In this document: positions 38,709 to 50,428 of the stretch, piece after piece
Layout of the letters: each line of letters begins with the position of its first letter
Numbering within the stretch: the first letter of the stretch is position 1
Assembly: GCA_900088475.1 (NCBI GenBank)
Contig: FLMG01002775.1
Span: 1 to 64,000, forward strand
DNA length: 64,000 nt
Direction of reading: 5' to 3'
Origin: Hyphochytrium catenoides
Lineage: Eukaryota; Protista; Hyphochytriomycota
The notes under the pieces: model-generated
The model's input: the letters and a program-made list of their open reading frames with translations, nothing else
Databases searched by the model: none
Told to the model about the DNA's origin: nothing
Program-made: the position numbers and the translations under genes

Positions 38709-39868
38709 TTAAGTTTCTTGCCAAAAAGACTCTGTAACCAAGAGTCCTACACAGCAGCCATTCGCGCGGGTAAACTGGAGCGAGCGAATGCCAATGTGCT
38801 GCATGACTGCCAGCATCAGACAGGGCTTTGGCACCACCATAGATGGTTGTGGAAGAGACTGAAGGTCATCGTCCGTGCGTTCTACTGCTAGGTTTAGGGC
38901 CCGTTCAACGTCCCTGTAGGACAAGGTGATCAGCGCATCCTGTTGCACCTGTTGGCGTTCCTCATTAGGTTTGGCCAGCATCGCGGCCACCCGGAAGGGT
39001 GAAGTGTCACCCCCAATTGCGACAACTCTTGAAAGGCGTGCAAGGTCCCAGGACGGAGGTGGAGCGAGTCTCATCTTCAATACGGTCACTAGTTCCAATG
39101 CATCGCTCATTGAACAAGGGTTCGCACTAAAAGTGCTGTCGAAGCTCCTGCCGTGAACTACTTCTGCCAGTAATGCCATTGCTTGGGAGGTTCCTAACGG
39201 CCCCTTGTAAATGGAATACTTTTCTGTATTCAATGAGCTCTGAGCAGCATCTAGTTGCTGGTCTGTGAGCTCTGTCGTGAGCTTCCATGGGAGATGTTAG
39301 CCTCCGTAGGACAACAACCTTTCATCGAGTAGATTTTGTACCTGAAAGGATGCTGCGCCAGAATCCCAAGAGACGATTGGCTTATCATGAGAATTTTTAG
39401 CAGCCTTTGCAGTCCTGTAGCCTAAGACGCCTTCTTGCTCCTGACTCAATATCTTAAAGGGGACATTGAGTTTCCTAGAAAGCTTCTGAAGCACTGCAGG
39501 CCCATTTAATGTCTCTCTGAACACTGCAGTTGCTATACCGCTTATGCTGGTAGCCCCGTGAGTACGTGCAACTCTCTGCAAGAGGAAATTCACTTTCCGC
39601 CAACGATTATAAAACCAAAGGACAATCGTCTTACCTTCAAGTCCTGCAAAAGCGGTAGAGCAGCGGCTGCAAACTTTGGTCCAATAGCTTTGGCCCTACT
39701 TTCTTGTACATGTATCCCTAACAAAAGCTCGAGCTCAATGGATGCCAAGACTTTCTCAATTCTTGGCAGTGTAGGTGGTGGACTAATCTCCAATTTGGCA
39801 ACGACTAGCTTCATTGCGCCACTGCCAAAGTCAATGGCAGCTCGAGTAACGTGCTTCGGCACAGACAT
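38709..39868 (-). CDS. Ppx/GppA-family phosphatase (ASKHA fold), ~346 aa, 2 introns
   Basis: AAIDFGSGAMKLVVA, IATAVFRE, ILSQEQEG, WDSGAASFQ and VVAIGG match the Ppx/GppA conserved regions. Introns at 39634-39576 and 39341-39282 (the second acceptor is slightly ambiguous). Confidence 0.85.
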
Positions 39869-40240
39869 GGTGCAAGGGTCCTGAGCTGCGACTACCGCTC
39901 AGCGCCGCAGCTGCTACAAACAGCAATTGCGACACCTTCCAAGGAAGTTTCTCATCCGTTGCTTCTGTGGAATAAAATGCCCAGAACAGGCCTTGACTAG
40001 AGACTCCTTGATATCCACGCGTCAGAATCAAAATTCAAGCACTACCATTGCCCAGGCGGACGACCCTATAAGTAGACCTCGAGCCCCCTGTAACCACGCG
40101 AGCATTTGTTACAACTGATGGCAATTAGGGCGCATATAAAGGTCGTTACCTGCTACTGTCTGTCGTTGCGGTGCTCTGCTGCTGCTGTTGCGGTGCCGCT
40201 TGGGTTGAAAGCCAAAACATGGAGGTCACCTCCTCCCACT

Positions 40241-40516
40241 CTCAGCAGTGCTCAGTAGCTCTCCGCAGTTCTCAAGCAGCTCCCCGTAGCTCTCAGGCAC
40301 AGTCTCAGCAGCTCTTTGTAGCTCTCAGCAGCTCTTTGTAGCTCTCAGCAGCTCTCCGTAGCTCCGCAGCCCTCAACAGCTCAGCAGCTCTCAGCAGCTC
40401 AGCAGCCCTCAGCAGCTCTCAGCAGCTTTCAGCAGCTCTCAGCAGTTCTCAACAGTTCTCAGAGCTCTCATCATCAGCAGCTCTCCGCAGTTCGCAGCAG
40501 TTCTCCCAGCTCAACC
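40241..40516. repeat. Degenerate minisatellite, ~10-bp unit CAGCAGCTCT
   Basis: More than 20 imperfect tandem copies of cagcagctct/gtagctctc in the Ppx / eIF2-gamma divergent intergenic region. Confidence 0.85.
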
Positions 40517-41069
40517 AGTCTTTCCTAGAGCGCAGCGCAAAGATCAACAGAGGGTCTTTGGTCATTACCGCCTTACCGTGATGGATCAAATCATAAACGG
40601 TCAACTTGTTTAGTAATCGAAAGATGGTATTTCTCAGCCTTGAAAGGCTCAGAAATGAATTAAGTTGCCTCATATTATATAGTAGGAAACTTACAGAAGC
40701 GGAAAGTATCAAAGAAACCTTCGGAAGGGCGGGTGGGCCCTTGGTCTGGTGACACAGCACACAGTACAAGTAGAGTGTTCTTGTGGTGCAGTGCTGTAGC
40801 CTCCGAAACTCCGCAAACACCCACGGAAATATCTCGTGTAGTCTAGATCACTCATGGCAGAATAGCGGAGTTCCTTTGTGGGTGCTGTAGGCCATTGAGG
40901 GCGGTCAGAGCTTGGCCTGCCGATGATCCTTTGGCGATGAAGCTCATCGGCTGCAGGATCTCCGTCCTCGCATTCTTCTGATCGGCAGCAGCGCGGCTAG
41001 GTCCAGCCTCCTATATACGGAAAGAGACGAAGGAGAATAGAAGTACGGCAAGATATTTGGCTAGACAAG

Positions 41070-43052
41070 ATGGCGGAAGTCGACACTAGTGTAAGCTTTT
41101 TGGTGCAAATTGAGTATGAGAGCGTTTCGATCGTTCAGGATCTGATTCTTCTGACTTCAATGCAGGTGTTCAATGACGGGCTCCTTGAGCAGAACTTGGA
41201 GGCTCTTGACCCTGCGACACTTACACCCCTTACGCCAGAAGTAATTTCAAGACAGGTGCGTTGAGGTTGCTTGGGTTGGGTGTGCAGTTGACTGATATGT
41301 TGATGGATGTATATCCTTCTTGCAGGCCACCATCAATATTGGTACCATCGGCCATGTGGCCCACGGAAAGTCCACCGTAGTCAAAGCTATCTCTGGCGTT
41401 CAGACTGTCAGATTTAAGAATGAACTCGAAAGAAACATCACAATCAAGCTTGGTTATGCAAATGCGAAGATCTACCAGGCCGAAGGAGCAGACGGCCTAG
41501 GCTCATATAAAGCTAAGGGAAGCACGCAGTCAGATAGGTATGTGCTACGATAGAGGATACCTTACATGTCTGATGTATTGATCATCCTGACATGTACTTA
41601 GATTTGAGGAGGATGATAAGACCTGGGTTTTGAAGCGCCATGTCTCGTTTGTGGATTGTCCTGGCCACGATATTCTGATGGCTACCATGTTGAACGGTGC
41701 TGCGGTCATGGACGCTGCACTTTTGCTCATTGCGGGCAATGAAACCTGCCCTCAACCGCAGACATCAGAGCATTTAGCAGCTATTGAGATTATGAGACTG
41801 AAGAACATTATCATCTTACAGAACAAAGTTGACCTTATCAAAGAAGAAGCTGCACTCGCGCAGCATGAGCAGATCAAGAAGTTTGTGGCTGGCACAGTTG
41901 GTAAGGTTGAGATAAATGGCGAAGATGTTATTAACGCGTCCCTGCTTCGCGCTTCGTAGTCCTTAGCGCAGCTCCTATTTGGTTCTTTTACTCTATGCTG
42001 ATATATAGAGCTGCCTCCTCGATTCAATTGTCTGCCCGTTCCTACTTTTTGTTCCGGGCTTGGCCTCTGCGCTTCGGGGTTGATTCGATTACGTCCTCTA
42101 CTTTGTATGTGTTGGTGCGCGGCACTCGTCAATTGCAGTCTAACACTCTGCCACAGCCGATAATGCACCGATTATCCCTATTTCCGCGGTGCTCAAGTAT
42201 AATATTGATGTTGTCTGCGAGTACATCGTGAGAAACATCCCTATCCCTCCAAGAGACTTCACATCTATCCCCAGACTTATCGTTATCCGGTCCTTTGACG
42301 TCAACAAGCCCGGAGAGGACGTGGAGAACCTCAAGGGAGGTGTAGCTGGTGGTTCCATTCTGCAAGGTGTACTACGCGTTGGCGATGAGATAGAAGTGCG
42401 GCCTGGTATCTTTGGCAAGGACGCGTCGGGCAAGATTATGTGTGTGCCAATTTTCTCCAGAATCATGTCTCTACAAGCCGAAAGGAATAGCCTCAAATAC
42501 GCAGTCCCAGGAGGTCTTATAGGTGCTGGTACAAAGATTGATCCAACCTTGACCAGATCCGACAGGTAGACTCGGAAACCCTATCTTTTTGTGAGGCTGC
42601 GTATTAACGACATCTTTCTTAGACTTGTGGGGCAGGTGCTGGGCGTAAAGGGGAGCCTTCCTGATGTATTCATCGAGCTGGAAATCTCGTTCTACCTGCT
42701 CAAGCGGTTGTTGGGCGTCAAGACTCAGGAGGGTAGCAAAGCCAGCAAGGTTCAGAAGCTAACCAAGGCTGAGGTTCTCATGGTGAACATCGGTTCAACG
42801 GCCACAGGAGGTACGGGTCTTGCCGTGTGCTTTTTCTCTACGTATCATCTACTAATAAGGCTATTATGCATCTATGCAGGGAAAGTCCTTGCCGTCAAGC
42901 AGGATCTGGCGAAGATCCAACTAACAGTCCCAGTGTGCACACAAGAGGGGGAGAAGATTGCGCTCAGTCGGAGAGTTGAAAAGCACTGGCGTCTGATTGG
43001 ATGGGGAGAGATTCGTCGTGGTACTAAGATTGATATTACTGAAAGCAGTTAG
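41070..43052 (+). CDS. EIF2S3: Eukaryotic translation initiation factor 2 gamma subunit
   Basis: [92 protein letters not shown]. Confidence 0.98.
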
Positions 43053-44686
43053 TGGCTAACGTGGAAAAGAAACTATCGGAAGGGTTTCCCATTCTAGACA
43101 GACAGACAATATCTATTCTAATGCTGTCATCTGCTCCAATCACACTCCAGCTATCCTTACCTTGTTCCTATCAGTAACTCCAAATCTCACTCCATTTTGC
43201 TATTGACATGAGCAAGTGCAAGAGGTAGACAGCGTTTATCAACTGCCAACTTCCTTCTTGTGCAAGCCGTCTCCAAGTCCTACAATGCCAAACCACTAAT
43301 AGGCATAGCAACAACCATCCCGCGCTAGCACTAGTCTCCAATCTAGTAAAAATCAACTTCTCACCCATAACCCCAGACCCATTCCTTGCTATGTTCATTT
43401 CCTTCCAAGCGCTACTAGACCTTTCATCAATCCGACAAGACCGCCATATCGTAACATGGCTATCCTAGCCCAGCAAGATATATTCCTCTGCGGTACTAAC
43501 TATGGGCCAACAAGTATGGCTATTCTTCCTCATCCCCTCACTACCACAGCAACCCCTCATCCGATTCCTCATCAAGGAACTGAAACTCACTCGCACTACT
43601 ACCTTGGACTCATTCACATTCTTCACTTGCTTCATCCATGACAGCGTATGCCCTCCACAACCTTACCAGACGACAACAGCAAAGCGCTAAGCAAAGCATC
43701 GGGAAAGTAGCTCTTTTGCCACCGCAGGCCACGCTCGCATAGGCTTCAAGCTCTATCCATATGGTGCCGCCATGGAGCTTGGTGACAGCTCGATCGTCAG
43801 CGGGGTTGCCAATGTGACAGGAGCTCGTCCCATTCAGCGTACTGGAGTTTACAACTTGTGTCCGACTCAAACTTGCTGCAGGAACGGACCTGGAAGTAAC
43901 AAAGACAGAAGGCAAAGGCACAGAGAGCCGCAACGCCGACACCACCAACCCACTTTCCTTCTAGTCAGAAAATGGCTAAAGGTATATTTGACTCTCTAAT
44001 ATGTAAAAGCATCACGCTATTATCACATTCTAACTACTCAAACGCATCCTCAGCTGCCGCTATCAAGAGATGCACGAACACTCAAAAAATAAATACTCAC
44101 TGAGACGCCGTCTTTCCGTACAGCCCGCTCGGAAGTGCGTTCTTCGGAGCGACAGATCACGTCTCAAATAGGCTCAATAGACCTGCAAACAGGCTTCCCT
44201 ATCAACACACAAGGTGCGTAGCAAAGGTAAGCACTGAAGCTGTTTGTTAGTCAAGAACCTTGAAGTTCGGACCTAATCATGCCCGGTAAAGAGTTGCACC
44301 TCCACGATGCCCAATGCTTTCACAGCCAGGGCAATCGTTTGTGCGAGGTCTTCACTGCTCGGGAGCTATCGCCACCCGCTTGACTTCCAGCGGGATCCGG
44401 CAGCCTTTGTGGTGCAGTGCCTCGAAAGCTCCGCGAGCTACCGCACGAGCCATGAAAGAACCGCTAGGTACTCCAAGATTCAGGTGTGAAATATCACCTC
44501 TTAAGTGTCAGTGCCTTCAATGTCGCCTTGTCTCTTAGTCTAAAGTGGCGGTGGTCACAAGCACAATGCATGGCGTTAAGATCTCTATGACCACGAGCTA
44601 TGCGTCATGAACAATGCGAGACAAAGAAACAGACAGGAGAACCTGATTCCTGATGAAGACGAGATCCTGCTTGAGACAGGGCATAC

Positions 44687-45289
44687 TCACCACGACTGAT
44701 CCAAAGCCGGTGGGATGAAAGATCCCGTCGGATCTGCAGTCGGATAGTCATTGACGAGAATTTTCTCGACAGCTGCATCATCTGTCTTGGCGTTGTGCTT
44801 CGCATACAGATGCATTAGGAATGATGTGGTGTTGTACGGCGCCCCTGGTCTCGTAAGAATGAGGTCAGCCTTTCTCTTTCGCCGTATATTTCGATGAAGC
44901 TGCCTCTTTTGCTTGTTCGAATCTGGTAAAATTGGTACTGGCTTGATTATGGGTGTCGACGAGTCTGGCTTAGCCAAATTAAATTCCAAGTTCTCTCCTT
45001 CTTTTTTCCAAAATGATCTCTTCTCACTCCTTTTGGGCCGGATGCCGTTGGATGGGAAGTCAAAAACCTTGTTTCGGGAGTAGTGTACCACTCGCCTATG
45101 GCCTCGTGGAGCAAGGCTTCTTGAATCACGACTCATTTCGTCAAGCATCGAGGTAGGTAAGGCTTGTGGTGAGATAGGTCTTCCACTTGTATGCTTCTGT
45201 GAAACAGGGGAACTGTAGAGGTTCAGGCAACTATCGGGTTGTCTTGGACGCTTCAACGAGAGTGACGAAGGCGGCTCTACAGCAATCAT
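44687..45289 (-). CDS. HEXIM-like protein (basic region + PYNT motif); may continue in a downstream exon
   Basis: 200-aa ORF containing KQKRQLHRNIRRKRK followed by GAPYNTTSFLM (44842-44813), versus HEXIM APYNTTQFLM. The ORF stop overlaps a consensus GTGAGT donor at ~44690. Confidence 0.6.
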   Translation of the reverse strand: MIAVEPPSSLSLKRPRQPDSCLNLYSSPVSQKHTSGRPISPQALPTSMLDEMSRDSRSLAPRGHRRVVHYSRNKVFDFPSNGIRPKRSEKRSFWKKEGENLEFNLAKPDSSTPIIKPVPILPDSNKQKRQLHRNIRRKRKADLILTRPGAPYNTTSFLMHLYAKHNAKTDDAAVEKILVNDYPTADPTGSFIPPALDQSW

Positions 45290-48200
45290 TGACGGTGTTG
45301 GGAAGAAGTTCTATCGAAAGGTATGGCCACTTACAACACTTCTTAGATAAAGAAATGTCTAAGCTCGCAGTGGCGTGTCTGAGGGCTGTCTTCACAGACC
45401 AATTGAGAGCTATTGCGACTCGTGTTCTCCGCTCTGGCAGTCGCTAGAACATTCAAAACTGGCGCGAGCGGCTGTTGACCTTTGTGACGCTAATGATGAA
45501 AATTCTTCTATGGACGAGTGAGGCGGCGGCGGCAGAAGGGAAACAGAGACCAACGCTCTTAGACTATTACTACTTTCCTCTGTAGTGTGCAAGATTGAGT
45601 GTTAGCGCCTCTCTCGTCTCTTGGTTATTATTTTTTTAGAGTTTGTCCATAGTTATTAGCAGGAGAATGATCTCATTGTGTTTATTAGAGGTAGTGAGTC
45701 TTTTTCTGTTCTCTCTCTTTTCTGCCATCCTCTCTTCCTTTCCCCCTTGAATCAGTTCTCTGACTCTTCCTCATCAGTGTCTCCCTTACGCATATTAGCT
45801 CCCTTATTCTTCCTTGACAATAGCCAACATAGTATTCGTCTCCTGGCTATCTCTTTCTTTCCTCACACTCTCTAAAGGTGAAGGTTCCTCTATCTCTTTT
45901 CCCTTCCCTCCAATTTCCGTTCCCTCTTACTCCATCCTTCCAATTACCAGACGGCTTCCTGAAATAATCCGCCTTTGGGACCTCTGACTAACATCTCCGC
46001 ATCAGAAGTTCTCGATAATATACCGCTATGGCACTGGCCCCTCTTCCGCCCTTTCTCCTCCTGAACTTCATCATAGCTGGAAGCTGCTTTGTAAGTGTCT
46101 GTGACGATAGAGACTATTAGGAACTAGCCTGATTTGACTATGTAGGTTCCATATTCCTATGGTCCCTATCCGAGATGAACTGACGCCTCCACACCTCCTT
46201 GTGGCATCATAGTAATACAGCTCTACCTGGTGCAGGTGGGAATCAAGAAAGAACTGTAGTAGTAGGCCCACCCCTTGACTATCCTATTGATGTAGATTTC
46301 CAATAGTGATCTTATCTCGTTGGCTGTAAAAATAGGGAGAATATTCTGACCTGTCTCTACTCCAACCGCCCACCCATCCCAGCATCTTATGATCACTTTG
46401 ACCGCTTGAGGAGCGAAGCCGTCCCACCCATCGGTTTTCATGGAAGGGGATGGGTGTGTGGTAACTGCCAGTGCCCCGCCTTGGGGCTGTTGGAATGAAG
46501 GCGAGGATGATGGGAAGGTGGATAGGCAGAAGGAAAGGGGTTCGCCAGCTTTTCCAGAGTTCGAGTGGGAAAGAGGCACGATCTGCTCATGGAGATCCTA
46601 TGTTCAGAGCGAGACAGAGAACGAAGAGATGGGGCAGGCAAGAGAAACTCCATACAGTGGTTGAGTATGGGCAGAAGTGGTTGCTACTGTAGAAGGAGCC
46701 GCCATTCATCTGCACCCAAAGACAATAGAAACAGCACCGAGACAACACAGGCAGGAAATGCCGATGAAAAAGAGAGAAAAGGCAAGAAGGTTCATACAGA
46801 CATCATCAGCTCGCGTTGAGATGTACCTGTAGTTTCTCTTTTAGAAGAGAGACTTCAAGATGAGCGAGGACAGAGGACAGAGGACACAGGCACAGCAAAG
46901 CCAAGATAGAACTATGACATGACGATGAAGAAAGGATAATGAACAAGAGCAGCAAAAAAGAGAGAGCAGGGTGGTGGCTCCTCTTTTTTATGGTATAACT
47001 ACAACGTGTACCCACTGTCTTCCTTTCTGTCCCCCTCTTGTTGCAAATCAACGTCGTCCATCTCCATCTTCTGGAGGACAGGCCAACAATCAGCCAGTTG
47101 TCGCGATGATGATGAAGGGATGATGTGTGGGGAGGTAGGGAGGAAGACGAAGTTGGACGACGGAACTGTGTGTTTCATCTTGTATGGGAGCCATAATGTA
47201 GCTCATAATGTAGTACGAGTAGTAGGGCGCTGCCTGTGGCAGGTCTTACCCTCGCTCACCTTCTTGAGATATCATATGCCTTTATTAGGACCTCGTTTAG
47301 CCGAGCATTAAGTTCCTGAACGACGGTAAAGGTTGTCAATTGGTGGAGTGCAACAAGGAAGGAGAGTGTGCTGCTGCGGTTGAGAGGGTTGAAAAGTATG
47401 TAGCTGCTGGGGAAGCACAGTTTAGACTACTGAAGAAGCTAGATTTCAACCATTAGTAGTTGTTTTTTTTGCATCGCTACTCCTCCCATTTCTCTTCATG
47501 CTCTACTGCTGCCCCACCAGTCTAATCATGACGCTCACCACCTCCTACTCTTCCTCATCTCCCCTTAATCGGAGTACCAGAGTATCTTATCTAAAATTTA
47601 TTATCGAGAGCAACGTTTCCGAGCTGCTTTTTTACTGCTAGCTGTTTGTTTTACTCCTAAGAAAAAAAAGAGATCATCATGCATGAGAGATTGTCCTGCT
47701 GGGCCTCGCGATAGATAGCAGCACCACAAGGAGGAGGAGGAAGAAGGAAGATTGGCGGGAAGGAAGCGGTTAATAAGGAATTGATGAGGAAGCCACAAAA
47801 ACCAAGAAGGATTTATAATAAAGTTTTGCACTGGAAAGCAGTTTTTCATTGACGATGGTAGCAATGATTATAAAGGAGTGACTACTAGTAGACTACTGTT
47901 TAGAAAGGAAGATGTGAAAAATGTACAACGGAGAACAAGAACAAGAGCAGCGAAACTACTAGTAGGCCAGAAAAGAGAAGAAGAGGAAGAAAGCAGTTCC
48001 TCCATCAGCCGCCGACCACCAAGAAGGGCGGCGGCCGGGGAGGATGTTGGGCAGGAAGCGAGAGCTGTGGGGACACTGAGGAGGACGCGGGGCGATCATC
48101 TTCAGAAAGAAGGATGATGATGATGACAGTGATGCTGATGATTGTTGCGTGCTTTGCTGCTTTGACCCAGAGTGGATGCCGATATGACCGTATCATGAAT

Positions 48201-48572
48201 TAGACTACTACGAATAACTATAATCAGCGATCCAAGCTTTACTATCATGAATACCTCTTTTACCATTCACCAATAACCGTCGTTGTTTCTTCTGCCTCTG
48301 TTGTCTGTTACCATCAGTGCTGCGCGCTCGCCGCGCTCGAACTCCTCTCCTTTGCCTCTCTATCAGGACGTGACGCTGAACCCAGGATCAGATCTGTGAG
48401 ATCTCCGCGGAGGCTAGGAGTGTCTCAAGTTCAGTTTTGAAAAGAAGATCTCGGGGTTCGAGCTTAGATCCTCTGTCTCTCTACACCTCAGCTTAGTACC
48501 AGGCGTGAACCTTCTTCAGGAACGCGGTCCTTCCTCACCAGGAAATAGGCTAGGGTCGGTCCCGATCAGAGG

Positions 48573-49903
48573 ATGATGCGCTCAATAATGGCCAACATAA
48601 GGGCGATAAGCCTTGTCGTCCTCACCGTGCAGAACAGTGCTCTAGCTTTAGTACTCAGGCTATCAAAGTACGTTATTATTTTTCAGTCTTCAGGTCATTG
48701 TGTTGGTACGTTAGTCCTAAAGGAGCGCTCTAACTTGTCTTTAGGACTCGGACTCCCGAAGATAACTATTTATCAAGCACCGCGATCGTCAATGCGGAGC
48801 TTCTCAAGGCCGTCGTATGCTTTGCGGTAGTAAGCCAGGTAGTAATATGAGGCCTTCCTGTCCTTCGTCAGGCACCTAGACAACTAAAGAGCTGCCTGCC
48901 AGACTGAAGTAGGACAGCATCCTACGCTGAAGCAAGTACGTCAGGCGTTCTGGCAGTGCTTTGGTGACCGCTATGAGATTTTGAAAATATTAGTTCCATC
49001 CCTACTATACCTGATCCAGAACTCCTTGCAGTTCTATGCTATCTCGCAGCTGCAGGCGGCGACATTCCAGGTAGTCCATGAATCGAGCTTGCGGGCCACT
49101 GGCTAACGTTCCTTCCGTCCTAGGTGATGTGTCAGCTGAAGATCCTTACTACAGCAGTTTTCACTATTGTGCTCTTGGGGAGAAAGATCAGCCTTCAGCA
49201 ATGGCTTGCACTCTTAGTACTAATGAGTGGAGTCGTGACCGTCCAACTGAGCACGGGAAACGCGAGCTCCAAGGCAACAACGGCTGGCCAACACACTCTA
49301 AGAGGACTTTTGGCAATTCTTTTAGCCTGCTGCTGTTCTGGTTTCGCGGGCGTGTACACTGAGAAGATTCTAAAGACATCTCCTACATCTCTCTGGATTC
49401 GAAACGTTCAGATGGGCGTCCTCAGCTTCTTTGTAGGGCTGCTCGGGATAGCTTTGAGCCCTCAGGAACGCCTGGTGGTCCATGAGAAGGGCTTTTACCA
49501 TGGCTATAGTCCAATAGTCTGGCTGGCTGTCCTTTTGCAGGGGCTTGGGGGCCTCGTCACAGCAGTGGTGGTGAAATATGCGGACAACATTATCAAAAGT
49601 TTCGCCACGTCCTTAGCTGTCGTGCTCTCCGCGGTGCTCTCCATATTCCTCTTCCAGGTCTATCCGACAGCCAACTTCGTTCTGGGGGCTGCTCTCGTCA
49701 ACCTTTCTGTCTTTCTCTACAATACACCAGACAAGCTGGAGGTATACCTGGGGAGAGCTAAACCAGTGTACACCCCGCTGCCCACCCTGGCGCCGACAGA
49801 AATATCTCCTACTCCGATGCCCTTGCCCAAGGCTGTCTTGAACGAGGGCCACGTTCTTAGTAGGATGCACCCAAATTCCCCCAATGTGAAGGCCTCGTCG
49901 TAG
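48573..49903 (+). CDS. Nucleotide-sugar transporter, SLC35A family (UDP-Gal/UDP-GlcNAc/CMP-Sia type)
   Basis: VLTVQNSALAL, YLSSTAIVNAELLK, VPSLLYLIQNSLQF, QLKILTTAVF, SGFAGVYTEKILK, SLWIRNVQM, VVKYADNIIKSFATS. Confidence 0.93.
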
Positions 49904-50428
49904 ACTCGCTCCTCCTTCGCTTGAGCTCCGTTTTTGGAATCTCGATGTCTATATGAGTCTCAATGCAGGTCAGCTGACAGTGTTCCTAACCCGCAGTCCC
50001 GCCATTCATTGATAGCTCAAACATCAGCTGCTCCATTATGGAAGCTTACCTCATCTATTTATCACGTAATGAACATGAAGGGTAGTTGACTCGGAAGTGC
50101 TCTTTCTGCAGAAACTTCCTCTTTCTTGTCTAGGTAACATGATTTCAGGGAATCAACGCGTAATTGGCAGGCTATCCTGTTCATCATAGAGGACTTTGGA
50201 GCTAACACTGGGATTATCGCTATCATGTCCTAAGCTTCCACATACTTGATCCGTCCATTAACTACTCACTTCTTCCAGATACACTATGTACATAAAACGC
50301 CGTAAGTTCAAAGACTGCAGCACGGTGGCCCATCAACTATTATATCTGTGAGCTTGGCCTAGAATATGGACAGTCAGCGTACAGCGTCCCGAAACGCTAA
50401 CCAGCCCGTCGATGCTTCAAAGTTTAAG

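Noticed and set aside
48112-48142. TGATGA runs resembling snoRNA C boxes
   Set aside because: Part of a (GAT)n microsatellite, with no properly spaced D box or terminal stem.
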